Positions 30,866 to 39,906 of a stretch of 64,000 nt of DNA are shown one piece after another. The translations under genes were made by a program, and so were the position numbers. The DNA is from an uncultured Anaerolineaceae bacterium. Its GTDB lineage: Bacteria > Chloroflexota > Limnocylindria > Limnocylindrales > CSP1-4. Location of the stretch: contig CAZFGT010000005.1 in NCBI GenBank assembly GCA_964518505.1, positions 20,358-84,357 of the forward strand, given 5' to 3'. Position 1 is the first letter of the stretch. Each line of letters opens with the position of its first letter. The notes beneath the pieces are model-generated. The model did no database searches. It saw nothing but the letters and a program-made list of their open reading frames with translations, and was not told the DNA's origin.

Positions 30866-33583
30866 CTAGCCGAGCAGGTCGAGTTCGCCCCCGCGGCGGA
30901 CGGCGGCTCGACGGTTGTTGACGCCGAGCTTGGTGTAGATGTTCTTGGTGTGGGTCCGCACGGTGTTCAGGGACAGCACCAGCTCACTGGCGATGCCCGG
31001 GCCATCGAGGTCCGATCTCAGCAACCGGAGGACGTCGAGCTCTCGCTCGGTGAGCGGCTCCACCAGGGCCTGCTTGCTGGTCGCCTTCTCCCCCCCGGTG
31101 CCAGGCGCGGCTCGAAGGCGACGTACGTAGTCCGGGACGATCTGCCGCCTGGCCGCGGCGTCGAGGAGCGTGGCCATCGCGCGGCCCTCCTGGAGGAAGG
31201 TGCGCACGAAGCCCTCTGGCTCGGCGAGCGTGAGCGCTCGTGCAAGCGGCACGAGCGCGCCGGCCGTGTCGCCTCGAAGCTGGCTCTCTAACGCCTGGAG
31301 GACCAGGACCTCGATGACGCTGCCCATCCTCGCCCCGTCGTCCGCCGCACGCAGGAGTCGCTCGAGGAGGCTCGCGGCCACCGCGAGCGAAGGGGGATGC
31401 TGGGTCGACCGGGCCAGTAACACCCGGGCAAGGGTGACGTGCTCGAACTCGCGCAGGTAGTCGAGATCGTCGTCGGCCGACAGGCCCACGTCACGGGCCC
31501 ACCGTAGCGCCTCGGCCTGACGCCCCTGGGCGAGCCACACCCGGGTCCTGAGCGCGGCGACCGGCCGCACCAGGGGCAGGAAGTGACTCACGTACTGGCG
31601 CTCCGCTTCGTCGAGCAGGCCCAGCGCCGCGTCCCGGTCCCCCTCAGCCTCATGCACACGCGCCATCGCGACACGCCAGCGGTACGGGTTCTGCTCGAGG
31701 GCGGCGAGCCCGCCCAGCTCCGTGCTGGCGGCCAGGTGCTTGGCGGCGGCATCGAGCTCGTCCCGCTCGAGGAAGATCTCGGCCATCCCGGTGTGCATGT
31801 CCGCGGCTCCGCGCACCACCGGCGCGCCGAGCGGGGTGGCGCGTGCCAGCCCGTGCTCGTACGTACCCAGGGCGTCCCGGAGGCGACCCTGCGCGATCCG
31901 GATGTCCGCCAGGGAGATGGCGCACCCGATCGTGTCGGAGACGTACCCCGCCCGTTCAAGGTTGGCGGCGCAGGCGACGTACCGACGGTGGCCTTCCTCG
32001 AGATCGCCCTTCCGCCATGCGGCGAGGCCGAGGAATCCTTCGGCCGACCCGCGGAACACGTAGTCATCGTCGGCGACGACCTCGAGCGCGCGGCGGGCGA
32101 AGCGGATCGTGGCCGCGACGTCGCCGAGGGCAAGGGCCTGGGCGCCGCGGAAGATGGCGATCGCGGTCGGCAGGTCTTGGTATCCCGCCTCGTGCGCGCC
32201 GGTCGGCGGGGCGGAGGGAGTGCCCGCAGCGTTCTCCTCCAGCCATCGTTCCGCAGCCCGGAGGTGCGCCTCCACCCCCTCGAGCTCGCCGTTGAGCAAC
32301 AAGGCCCCGGCGTAGTGGACGCTCAGCACCGGCCGGGTGGCGACGACGTCGTCCGGCAGGGCGCGCAGCCAGGCGAGCGCAGTCGTCTCCTGTCGAGCCT
32401 GGCGCATCGCGGGGATCGCCAGTTCGACCAGCGTCGCCGCCCGCTCGAAGTCGGCGGCCGCCATGGCGTGGCGGATCGCCTCCGTCGGCGCACCATTCCT
32501 CTCGAACCACGCACTCGCACGGCGGTGGAGTTCTGGGACCTGCTCGGGTTGCTCCTGCTCGAGGTGGGCCCCGAGCACGTCGGCGAACAGACGGTGGTAG
32601 CGGTACCACTGGCGGCGGTCGTCGAGGGCGACGAGGAACAGGTTGGCGCGGTCCAGCTCCTGCAACATCGCCCGCCCATCGTCGCGACCGATGACGGCAT
32701 CGCAGAGCGCCGCGCTCAGCCGGTCAAGGATGGAGGTCTCGAGCAGGAAGGTCCGGATCGACGCGGGCTGACGGCGCAGGACCTCCTCGACGAGGTAGTC
32801 GACGATGTAGCGGTCGTCCCCGGCGAAGCCGGCGATGAACCCAGCAACGTCGTCGCGTCCCTGCATCGAGATGGCTGCCAGCTGAAGGGCAGCGATCCAG
32901 CCTTCTGTGCGACCCTCCAACGCGGCGACATCGCTCGCGCCCAGGTCGAGCCCCATCACCTCGTTCAGGTACGCCGCGGCCTCAGTCGGCGTGAAGCGCA
33001 GGTCGGCCGCGCGTATCTCGGTCAGTGTGCCGCGCCCTCGCAGGCGACCCAGCGGAAGCGCGGGGTCGGCGCGGGTCGTGATCACGAGGTGGATCCGCGG
33101 CGGAAGGTGCTCCAGGAGGAACACCATCCCAGCCCGGATCTCAGGCGTATCGACCTCGTGGTAGTCATCGAGGACCACCACGACGTCCTCCGGCACCGCA
33201 TTGAGCTCGTTCAGGAGTGGGGCGAGGATGGACTCGATGGGCGGCGCTTGCGGCTCGCGCAGGGCAGCGAGCGCACTCGCGCCAACCCCGGGCGCGACGG
33301 TCCGGAGCGCGGCGATCAGATAGACCCAGAACGTCCCTGGCTCGTTGTCCGCGTGGTCCAGCGACAGCCATGCTACCGAGGGTGCGCCGGAAGGGAAGGA
33401 CGCCAGCCATTCCGCCAACAGCGTCGTCTTGCCGAAGCCGGCGGGCGCTGAGATGAGCGTGAGGGTCGATTCGAGCCCGCGGCGGAGTCGTTCGCTGAGC
33501 CGTGGTCGTTGGACCAGGCCGCGTCGCGGCTTCGGGACGTAGAGCTTCGTCTCAAGCAGCGGGCCGGGATTGTTCGCTGTCAT
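30866..33583 (-). CDS. LAL/MalT-family large ATP-binding LuxR-type transcriptional regulator
   Basis: 905 aa. N-terminal P-loop NTPase (LISAPAGFGKTTLLAEW), a central TPR-like helical region, and a C-terminal LuxR HTH (LTERELDVLRLLRSDLDGPGIASELVLSLNTVRTHTKNIYTKLGV). Confidence 0.85.
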   Translation of the reverse strand: MTANNPGPLLETKLYVPKPRRGLVQRPRLSERLRRGLESTLTLISAPAGFGKTTLLAEWLASFPSGAPSVAWLSLDHADNEPGTFWVYLIAALRTVAPGVGASALAALREPQAPPIESILAPLLNELNAVPEDVVVVLDDYHEVDTPEIRAGMVFLLEHLPPRIHLVITTRADPALPLGRLRGRGTLTEIRAADLRFTPTEAAAYLNEVMGLDLGASDVAALEGRTEGWIAALQLAAISMQGRDDVAGFIAGFAGDDRYIVDYLVEEVLRRQPASIRTFLLETSILDRLSAALCDAVIGRDDGRAMLQELDRANLFLVALDDRRQWYRYHRLFADVLGAHLEQEQPEQVPELHRRASAWFERNGAPTEAIRHAMAAADFERAATLVELAIPAMRQARQETTALAWLRALPDDVVATRPVLSVHYAGALLLNGELEGVEAHLRAAERWLEENAAGTPSAPPTGAHEAGYQDLPTAIAIFRGAQALALGDVAATIRFARRALEVVADDDYVFRGSAEGFLGLAAWRKGDLEEGHRRYVACAANLERAGYVSDTIGCAISLADIRIAQGRLRDALGTYEHGLARATPLGAPVVRGAADMHTGMAEIFLERDELDAAAKHLAASTELGGLAALEQNPYRWRVAMARVHEAEGDRDAALGLLDEAERQYVSHFLPLVRPVAALRTRVWLAQGRQAEALRWARDVGLSADDDLDYLREFEHVTLARVLLARSTQHPPSLAVAASLLERLLRAADDGARMGSVIEVLVLQALESQLRGDTAGALVPLARALTLAEPEGFVRTFLQEGRAMATLLDAAARRQIVPDYVRRLRAAPGTGGEKATSKQALVEPLTERELDVLRLLRSDLDGPGIASELVLSLNTVRTHTKNIYTKLGVNNRRAAVRRGGELDLLG

Positions 33584-33846
33584 CTACTCCGGGCCTCACA
33601 GCGGACGTCGGTGAGGCGCTAGCTGCTGATGCGGTTAGGATCGCGGCTCGCGATAGGCCGGGTCGTGACGGCGGCGGTCGTGAGGGGTTCAACGCGCCGC
33701 CTTCACCGGTGACAGTACCCGGGGAAGCCAGGACGCGAAAGAGGAAGTGCGTTCGCCCTCGCCGGTCGAGGTGCGGCATGAGGCGCTGACCGTCCGGTTC
33801 GGCCTCCGGGGCTCGCACTTCCCTTTGACACGTCAAACCCAGCAGA

Positions 33847-33870
33847 GTGGGAGGGCTGGACCTCCCAGCC
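33847..33870 (-). terminator. putative intrinsic terminator hairpin downstream of arsM
   Basis: 7-bp GC-rich stem TGGGAGG / CCTCCCA with a 6-nt loop, about 55 bp past the arsM stop. On the transcribed strand a short U-containing tract follows. Confidence 0.35.
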
Positions 33871-33922
33871 CCTCGCACCACGCTCGAGGAGTTCCGATCC
33901 GAAGGTAGCCCGCGCGCTCTAC

Positions 33923-34645
33923 CTACCGGGGCTTGCGGGCCCGGATGATGGCCGAGGTCATGCCCGGCGTCTCCTGGTGCGTCGGGGTGATCGAGACATC
34001 CTCGAGCCCGGCGGCATGCAGCCCCGCCTCGTATTCCGCATACGACAGCGCCCCGGCGATACAGCCGACGTACGACCCACGCTCGACTCGTTCCGCGGGG
34101 GTCAGCACGTCGTCGGCCACGATGTCCGAGACTCCCAGACGGCCACCGGGCCGCAGGACGCGGGCGATCTCGCGGAAGACGGCCGGCTTGTCAGCAGCCA
34201 GGTTGATGACGCAGTTGCTGATGACCACGTCGACCGACGCCGCCGGCAACGGGATCGCCTCGATGTGGCCCTTCAGGAACTCCACGTTCGTGGCTCCCGC
34301 GGCCTGCGCGTTCCTGCGAGCGAGCGCGAGCATCTCGTCCGTCATGTCGAGGCCGAAGGCGCGGCCCGTGGGACCCACTCGCTGTGCCGACAGGAGCACG
34401 TCGATGCCCCCGCCCGAGCCCAGGTCCAGGACAGTCTCCCCGTCGCGCAGCTCGGCCACCGCGATCGGGTTGCCGCAGCCAAGGCTGGCGAGACGCGCTG
34501 CCTCGGGCAGACTCGCCAACTCCTCGTTCGAGTAGTTGGTCGGGCCGCAGCAGTCGCCGTTCCCACCGCAAGACGGATCTTGGACCACGCTCAGGGCGAT
34601 GCGGGCGTAGTGGTCGCGGACGACCTCGTGGACCGGTGTGGACAT
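33923..34645 (-). CDS. arsM: arsenite S-adenosylmethionine methyltransferase ArsM
   Basis: Conserved cysteine pairs ([13 protein letters not shown] and VGCIAG) and a class I SAM-MTase motif ([12 protein letters not shown]). GGAGG RBS upstream. Confidence 0.8.
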   Translation of the reverse strand: MSTPVHEVVRDHYARIALSVVQDPSCGGNGDCCGPTNYSNEELASLPEAARLASLGCGNPIAVAELRDGETVLDLGSGGGIDVLLSAQRVGPTGRAFGLDMTDEMLALARRNAQAAGATNVEFLKGHIEAIPLPAASVDVVISNCVINLAADKPAVFREIARVLRPGGRLGVSDIVADDVLTPAERVERGSYVGCIAGALSYAEYEAGLHAAGLEDVSITPTHQETPGMTSAIIRARKPR

Positions 34646-34671
34646 GGCAGACCTCCGTGGATCCAGACGAC

Positions 34672-34711
34672 GCTATATCGATACTTGCCTAAGTATACAC
34701 ATGTCGATATA
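34672..34711. promoter_or_regulatory. AT-rich nested palindrome in the arsM/arsR divergent promoter (candidate ArsR operator)
   Basis: Outer inverted repeat CTATATCGA (34672-34680) with TCGATATAG (34703-34711). Inner inverted repeat ATACTT with AAGTAT (34681-34696). It sits in a 75-bp spacer that is strikingly AT-rich for this genome. Confidence 0.55.
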
Positions 34712-34720
34712 GTGCGTCGG

Positions 34721-35056
34721 ATGAAGCGACCCACCGATCCGGACGTCCGCCTCCTCCAGGCGGCAGCCGACCCCATCCGGCTGGCCATCCTCCGGCAACT
34801 CGCGCTCGCCGGGCCGGTGTGTGCGTGCGACATCGCGGCCGGCTACGCCGTGACCCAACCCACTGTCTCGCATCACCTGCGGGTGCTGCGCGAGGCTGGC
34901 TGGCTGGCTGGCGAGCGGCGCGGCACATGGATCTGGTACTCGATCCGGCCCGCGGCCATGGATCGGTTCCACGCCATCGGGTCAGCCTTCGATGCCACGG
35001 GCGCGGCGCCGGCGCCGTCGACGCGTCGGCTGCAGGTCATCCAGCCCGCCACATGA
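34721..35056 (+). CDS. arsR: ArsR/SmtB family metalloregulatory repressor
   Basis: 111 aa: LLQAAADPIRLAILRQLALAGPVCACDIAAGYAVTQPTVSHHLRVLREAGWL. The metal-binding CxC lies in helix 3, followed by the HTH. Confidence 0.85.
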   Translation: MKRPTDPDVRLLQAAADPIRLAILRQLALAGPVCACDIAAGYAVTQPTVSHHLRVLREAGWLAGERRGTWIWYSIRPAAMDRFHAIGSAFDATGAAPAPSTRRLQVIQPAT

Positions 35057-36012
35057 CTCGGTTCGCCCGAGCCGCCGCTCTGTCGGGTTCGTCGCCTCTG
35101 CGGGCGGCGGCCTTCTGGCTAACACTCGCGGCCGCCTGCTGGGGCATCGGCACCGCCTTCAGCAAGCAAGCCGTGGCCGAGATCCCGCCCCTCACCGTGC
35201 TGCTCCTGCAGCTGGCGGTAAGTCTCGTCTTCCTGACCATCGTGCAGCGCGTCGAACGAGGCGACCGCGAGCTGTCGCGTGGGTCGCCGCGCCTTGCTCG
35301 ACTGGGCGTCCTGAATCCGGGCCTCGCCTACGCCCTGAGCCTCGTCGGGCTCACCACGATCACGGTGAGCCTCTCGGTGCTGCTCTGGGCGCTGGAACCG
35401 CTGCTCATCGTGGGACTCGCGGCCTGGCTGCTGCGGGAGCGCCTCAGTCCGGCCCTCCTCGGCCTGTCCGCCGTCGCCGTCGGGGGGATCGTCCTGGTGG
35501 TCGTCGACGCCGGCACAGGCGGGCAGGCCTCCGGCATCGTCCTCACGGTGGCCGGCGTCGCGTGCTGTGCGACGTACACCGTGGCCACGCGCCGCTGGCT
35601 ACCGGCCGCACCCTCCACGATCCGCGTGGTCGCCGGCCAGCAGGCCTATGCACTCGGCTTTGCTGTGATCCTGTTCGTCGCCGCCACGCTGCTCGGTGGC
35701 CGTTCGTTGCCCAGTGAGGTGTCGCTCGCGGGGTGGGCCAGCGTCATCGTCTCGGGCGTCCTGTACTACGGCCTGGCCTACACCTTCTACCTCACCGGGC
35801 TGCGACGCGTGCCAGCCTCGCTCGCCTCGGTCGTGTTCTACCTCATCCCGGTGTTCGGGATCGCCGCCGGAACCGTGCTCGGTGAGCGACTCGAGCCTCG
35901 GCAGTGGGTCGGCGCAGCGATCGTGATCAGCGCGGTCGCCCTCATCGCCATGCAGATGGCGCGATCACCAGCCCCCATCGCGGCGAACGGCCTCGAAGCG
36001 CCCCAGACGTAG
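35053..36012 (+). CDS. EamA/DMT-superfamily transporter, translationally coupled to arsR (ATGA overlap)
   Basis: 319 aa, 10 TM helices in two EamA-type repeats. Confidence 0.7.
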   Translation: MTRFARAAALSGSSPLRAAAFWLTLAAACWGIGTAFSKQAVAEIPPLTVLLLQLAVSLVFLTIVQRVERGDRELSRGSPRLARLGVLNPGLAYALSLVGLTTITVSLSVLLWALEPLLIVGLAAWLLRERLSPALLGLSAVAVGGIVLVVVDAGTGGQASGIVLTVAGVACCATYTVATRRWLPAAPSTIRVVAGQQAYALGFAVILFVAATLLGGRSLPSEVSLAGWASVIVSGVLYYGLAYTFYLTGLRRVPASLASVVFYLIPVFGIAAGTVLGERLEPRQWVGAAIVISAVALIAMQMARSPAPIAANGLEAPQT

Positions 36013-36152
36013 AGAACGCAGCACGGTCCGGCCGGCATCGGCATCCCGGGACCAACGGCCCTGCCCCACCAAGGCCTCACCGATCAGGCTGGAGGCAGCC
36101 ACAAGGATCGCGGGGCATGGTCCGATCGCCCCGCATCGAGGGAGGACGTGCC

Positions 36153-36431
36153 ATGGGTATCTGGGCCTGGATCATCCTGCTGCTCGCGGCCGCGGGGCTG
36201 GCGACCGTGGTGCAGTTCCTGTTCTTCTCCCGCGGACGCCGGTCGACCGACTACGACTGGGTCTACCTCGCCGCGGGGGCGCTGATCGGTGGCTTCACCG
36301 GCCATGCGTGGTACGCCGCCGGCCCCACGGTCGACGGCCTGAACGTCGGGCCCGCCCTGGCCGGACTCATCGTGGGTGCCCTGGTCGTGGAGACCGTCTA
36401 TCGGTTGGTCCTCCGCCCGCGCCAGGCGTAG
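36153..36431 (+). CDS. small membrane protein (92 aa), possibly GlsB/YeaQ/YmgE transglycosylase-associated family
   Basis: GGAGGA RBS 6 nt upstream. Glycine-rich TM helices (MGIWAWIILLLAAAGLA ... AGALIGGFTG ... LAGLIVGALVV). Confidence 0.4.
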   Translation: MGIWAWIILLLAAAGLATVVQFLFFSRGRRSTDYDWVYLAAGALIGGFTGHAWYAAGPTVDGLNVGPALAGLIVGALVVETVYRLVLRPRQA

Positions 36432-38448
36432 CGGCCGGGAGGGGCCGCCCGAGCAGGTAGCCCTGCCCCAGTTCGACGCCGAGCCCGCGGAGCGTGTCGC
36501 GCTCGGCGGGAGTCTCGATACCCTCGGCGATGATCCGGCAGCCCGACGAACGGGCGAAGTGCCCGATGCCCACGACCATCGCCTGGCGCGCGTCGTCCCG
36601 GTCCAGGCCCTCCACGAGCCAGCGGTCCAGCTTCAGGAACGCCGGCCGCAGCTCGAGGATGTGGCGCAGGCTGGCGAAGCCGGCGCCGGTGTCGTCGACG
36701 GCGAGCTCGAAACGCGGCCCGACCCGGTCGATCGCCGCGCGGAAGGCCGGGTAGTCGCTGATGACCTCGTGCTCGGTCACTTCCAGGACGACTCGCCGGC
36801 CGTGATGGCGCGCCAGCACCGCCCGGAGCATCGTGCCCTCCAGGACGAACTCCGGCGAGACGTTGACATCGAGCCACGCCCGAGGCGGCAATGTGGCCGC
36901 GGCGGACAGGGCCGCCTCCAGGGTCGCGGCCTCCAGCCGCAGACCCAGACCCACGGTCGCGGCCTGGAGGAACCGCGCCGAAGGGTCCGTGCCGTCGGCG
37001 AAGCGCGTCAAGCCCTCGAAGCCCACGACGGCCTCGTCGGCGAGCTGGACGATCGGCTGGAAGACGGGCTGGAACGCCTGGCGGTCGATGATGGCGGTGA
37101 TGTCCTGGCGGGCCCGCCCCAGTTCCGTCCGCTCCAGGACGCTTCTCCCGATGAGGGCCCCGGTGAGGTCGGCGAACTCGACCAGTGCGGGGAGCTCCTC
37201 GACCAGAGCACCCTCCGGTACCGACCGCTGGGAATCGACGATGAGCAAACCGATGAGCCGGTCGTCGTGGCGGATCGGGGCGTAGGCCGCGGCCTGCACC
37301 CCAAGGCCCTTCAGGAGCTGGTTGTAGGGATGCCAGGGCCGGTTGACCCATGGCTCGATCCATGGACCCTCGCTCGCCCGCTCCCGCAGATGCCGTCCTC
37401 GTTGGCGAGGCAACGGGCGGATCACTGGATGCGGGTCACCTGCCACGACCGTCCCGATGGGCGTCGCGCGCCCATCGAGCTCGAACAGGAAGAGCTGGGC
37501 CTTGACCAGGTCGGGCAGGTTGATCACCTGCTCACAGATGGCCTGGGCGGTGGCCTCCAGATCATCTCCACGATGGATCTCGCGGATCGTCCTGGCGATG
37601 AGGGCCCGCTGCCGGCTGAGGGTGGCCGAGCGTCCCTCCAGCGCGCGCGCCTGGGTCACGTCGCGCTTGCCGGCGACATAGCCGCTGATCGCGCCGTGGG
37701 CGCCGCGGATGGGCGAGATGACCGCCGACTCGGTGACGGTCGAGCCATCCTTGCGGCGGTTGACCAGGTCGCCCGACCAGGGCTGGCCGCTCGCGAGGGT
37801 CGACCACATGGCCTCGTAGAACGCCGCTGACTGGGCGCCGCTCTTCAGGATCCGCGGGTTCTGGCCCATGACCTCGTCGCGGGCGTAGCCCGTGACCCGC
37901 TCGAAGGCCGGGTTGACGTAGGTGATGCGGCCGTCGAGATCGGTGATCTCGATCGACTCGGTCGCCTGCTCGATGGCCGCGGCGAGCCGGTCGTGCTCCG
38001 CTTCCCCTCGCGCGTGCTCGGTCAGGTCAAGGCCGACGCCACCCAGGACGGTCCGGCCGTCCTGGGTCGCGAGCGGGAACTTCATGATGACGAACGTATG
38101 TGGGCCGTCGTCGAAGGGCCGGACCAGGGAGAAGACCGGCACGTCGGCGCCGGCAAGGGCGAGCCTGTCGATCTCGCGCATGCGGGCGGCGTTCTCCGGC
38201 GGCCAGATGTCGGCATCGGTCTTGCCGTACCACTCGGACCCGAACCGCGGCCCGAGCGTGGCCAGGTAGTGGCGGTTGAGGTAGAGGTAGCGGCCCTCGG
38301 CATCCTTGATGGAGGCGTTCCACGGCGCCTCGTCCATCAGCTCGCGGAACCGTTCGATGGCCGGCCCGACCGGGAGCAGGGGGGCGCCGGCCGGGACGGC
38401 AGGCCGGCGCGGGATACGGTCCCGCCCGCCCCCGGATCGTCCTGTCAT
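36367..38448 (-). CDS. PAS-PAS-GAF-EAL signalling protein, paralog of the 17315-19375 gene
   Basis: 693 aa, collinear with the first EAL protein at roughly 60-65% identity (ITYVNPAFERVTGY, NRRKDGS, VFQPIV, FEGLTRF, DDTGAGFASL, EGIETPAER). Confidence 0.8.
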   Translation of the reverse strand: MTGRSGGGRDRIPRRPAVPAGAPLLPVGPAIERFRELMDEAPWNASIKDAEGRYLYLNRHYLATLGPRFGSEWYGKTDADIWPPENAARMREIDRLALAGADVPVFSLVRPFDDGPHTFVIMKFPLATQDGRTVLGGVGLDLTEHARGEAEHDRLAAAIEQATESIEITDLDGRITYVNPAFERVTGYARDEVMGQNPRILKSGAQSAAFYEAMWSTLASGQPWSGDLVNRRKDGSTVTESAVISPIRGAHGAISGYVAGKRDVTQARALEGRSATLSRQRALIARTIREIHRGDDLEATAQAICEQVINLPDLVKAQLFLFELDGRATPIGTVVAGDPHPVIRPLPRQRGRHLRERASEGPWIEPWVNRPWHPYNQLLKGLGVQAAAYAPIRHDDRLIGLLIVDSQRSVPEGALVEELPALVEFADLTGALIGRSVLERTELGRARQDITAIIDRQAFQPVFQPIVQLADEAVVGFEGLTRFADGTDPSARFLQAATVGLGLRLEAATLEAALSAAATLPPRAWLDVNVSPEFVLEGTMLRAVLARHHGRRVVLEVTEHEVISDYPAFRAAIDRVGPRFELAVDDTGAGFASLRHILELRPAFLKLDRWLVEGLDRDDARQAMVVGIGHFARSSGCRIIAEGIETPAERDTLRGLGVELGQGYLLGRPLPAATPGAGGGPTDRRSPRPGHPR

Positions 38449-38528
38449 CGGTACATCGCCCGGCCTGGTCCAGATCGGCCTTCGGACCGCCGCAGCGCCC
38501 AGCAGCGCTCCGCCACCTTACTCCTTCG

Positions 38529-39254
38529 GTGCGGCATGTCCACGGGCAAAGCAGGAGGCGCCCGTATACTCCTCGTCCTGTGGATAGACGCCAGTGGGGA
38601 TGCCTCTTCGAGGTCCTCGAAACCCTTGTCCTGACGATCGTGATCTTCCTGCTCATCCAGAACTTCGTGGCTCAGCCCTACCAGGTCGAGCAACAGAGCA
38701 TGGAACACACGCTCGAGCCCGGGCAGTACGTGCTCGTGGACAAGCTCACGCCGCGCTTCAACGACTACCATCGCGGCGACATCATCGTCTTCAACCCGCC
38801 GGGCTCGGCCGCGTCCGATCCGACCCAGGTGCCGTTCATCAAGCGGATCATCGGCCTGCCGGGCGACCGCATCGACTTCCGCAACGGCGACGTCTTCGTC
38901 AACGGCGTCCAGCTCTCCGAGCCGTACATCTATGACGGCCAGCCGACCCAGGCGGGGGCCGAGGGCTCGACCGTCGTCGTCCCCGCCGACTCGTACTTCG
39001 GCCTGGGCGACCACCGCGCGAATTCGACCGACTCGCGGGTCTTTGGCTTCATCCCCCGCAGCGACATCATCGGGCGGGCCTGGCTGCGCTACTGGCCGCT
39101 CAACGACCTGGGCATCCTGAGCACGCCGACGTACCCCGACGTGCCTCCCGCCGGCTCAGCGTTCGATCCGCTGGGCGGCCTGGCCATCATCAGCTTCGGC
39201 CTGGCCGGCGTCGGCGTGGCCGGCGTCCGCGGCCTCCGCGCCCGCCTCGGCTGA
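38529..39254 (+). CDS. lepB: signal peptidase I
   Basis: Catalytic Ser box SMEHTL, Lys box KRIIGLPGD, and boxes D/E (GDHRANSTDSR). N-terminal TM anchor. Confidence 0.85.
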   Translation: MRHVHGQSRRRPYTPRPVDRRQWGCLFEVLETLVLTIVIFLLIQNFVAQPYQVEQQSMEHTLEPGQYVLVDKLTPRFNDYHRGDIIVFNPPGSAASDPTQVPFIKRIIGLPGDRIDFRNGDVFVNGVQLSEPYIYDGQPTQAGAEGSTVVVPADSYFGLGDHRANSTDSRVFGFIPRSDIIGRAWLRYWPLNDLGILSTPTYPDVPPAGSAFDPLGGLAIISFGLAGVGVAGVRGLRARLG

Positions 39255-39264
39255 CCACGCGCCG

Positions 39265-39885
39265 ATGCCGGTCGTGCCCCTCCTCGCGGCGACCGTGGCC
39301 ATCGCCGGCGCCGTGATCGCCATCCTGGCGACCGATTCGCGCCTCACCACGGCCGGCACCGCGGCCGCCCTCCTGGCCGCTCCCTTCGCGGCCGATCCGC
39401 TGCCCCAGCAACTCGGCCTGGGCGTCCGCCTCGTCGGGGCGGGGCTGGCCGGGTACCTGCTGTGGACCTCGACGCGTCAGGCCGCGCCCCTCCTTGGCCC
39501 GCTCCCACTCGGGGGGCGCGGGGAGGCGGCGTTCGTGCTGGCCGCCGCCGCGATCGGCTTCCTGGCCGATGCGGTGACCTCGGAGGCGCTCGGGCCCACG
39601 GCCGCCCTGGCCGCAGGTGGGGCGCTCCTGGTGGGGGGGCTGGACCTGCTGGCGTTCGGCGAAGACGGGCTGCGCCTCGGCAGCGGCGCGCTCCTCGCCC
39701 TGACCGGTGCGTCCCTTGTGCTCGCCGAACTTGGCGGCACGCCGGGGGCCGGCCTGGAGGCCGGCCTTGCGGTGGCCACGGCGGCGGTCGCGGGGGCAGC
39801 CGCCTGGCTGACCGTCACGACGCTGGGTCCCCGCCGCGAGATGCGGCTGGCGGCCCGGCATGGCGACCTGCGCGACATCGGCTGA
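39265..39885 (+). CDS. hypothetical polytopic membrane protein (Ala/Leu/Gly-rich)
   Basis: 206 aa with about 6 hydrophobic segments. No motif recognised. It lies on the coding strand after lepB; the antisense alternative is low-complexity. Confidence 0.35.
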   Translation: MPVVPLLAATVAIAGAVIAILATDSRLTTAGTAAALLAAPFAADPLPQQLGLGVRLVGAGLAGYLLWTSTRQAAPLLGPLPLGGRGEAAFVLAAAAIGFLADAVTSEALGPTAALAAGGALLVGGLDLLAFGEDGLRLGSGALLALTGASLVLAELGGTPGAGLEAGLAVATAAVAGAAAWLTVTTLGPRREMRLAARHGDLRDIG

Positions 39886-39906
39886 ATCGACGACGCCGGA
39901 CCGCTG

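Noticed and set aside
31583-33451. 622-aa plus-strand ORF
   Set aside because: Antisense to the LAL regulator, which has P-loop and LuxR HTH motifs.
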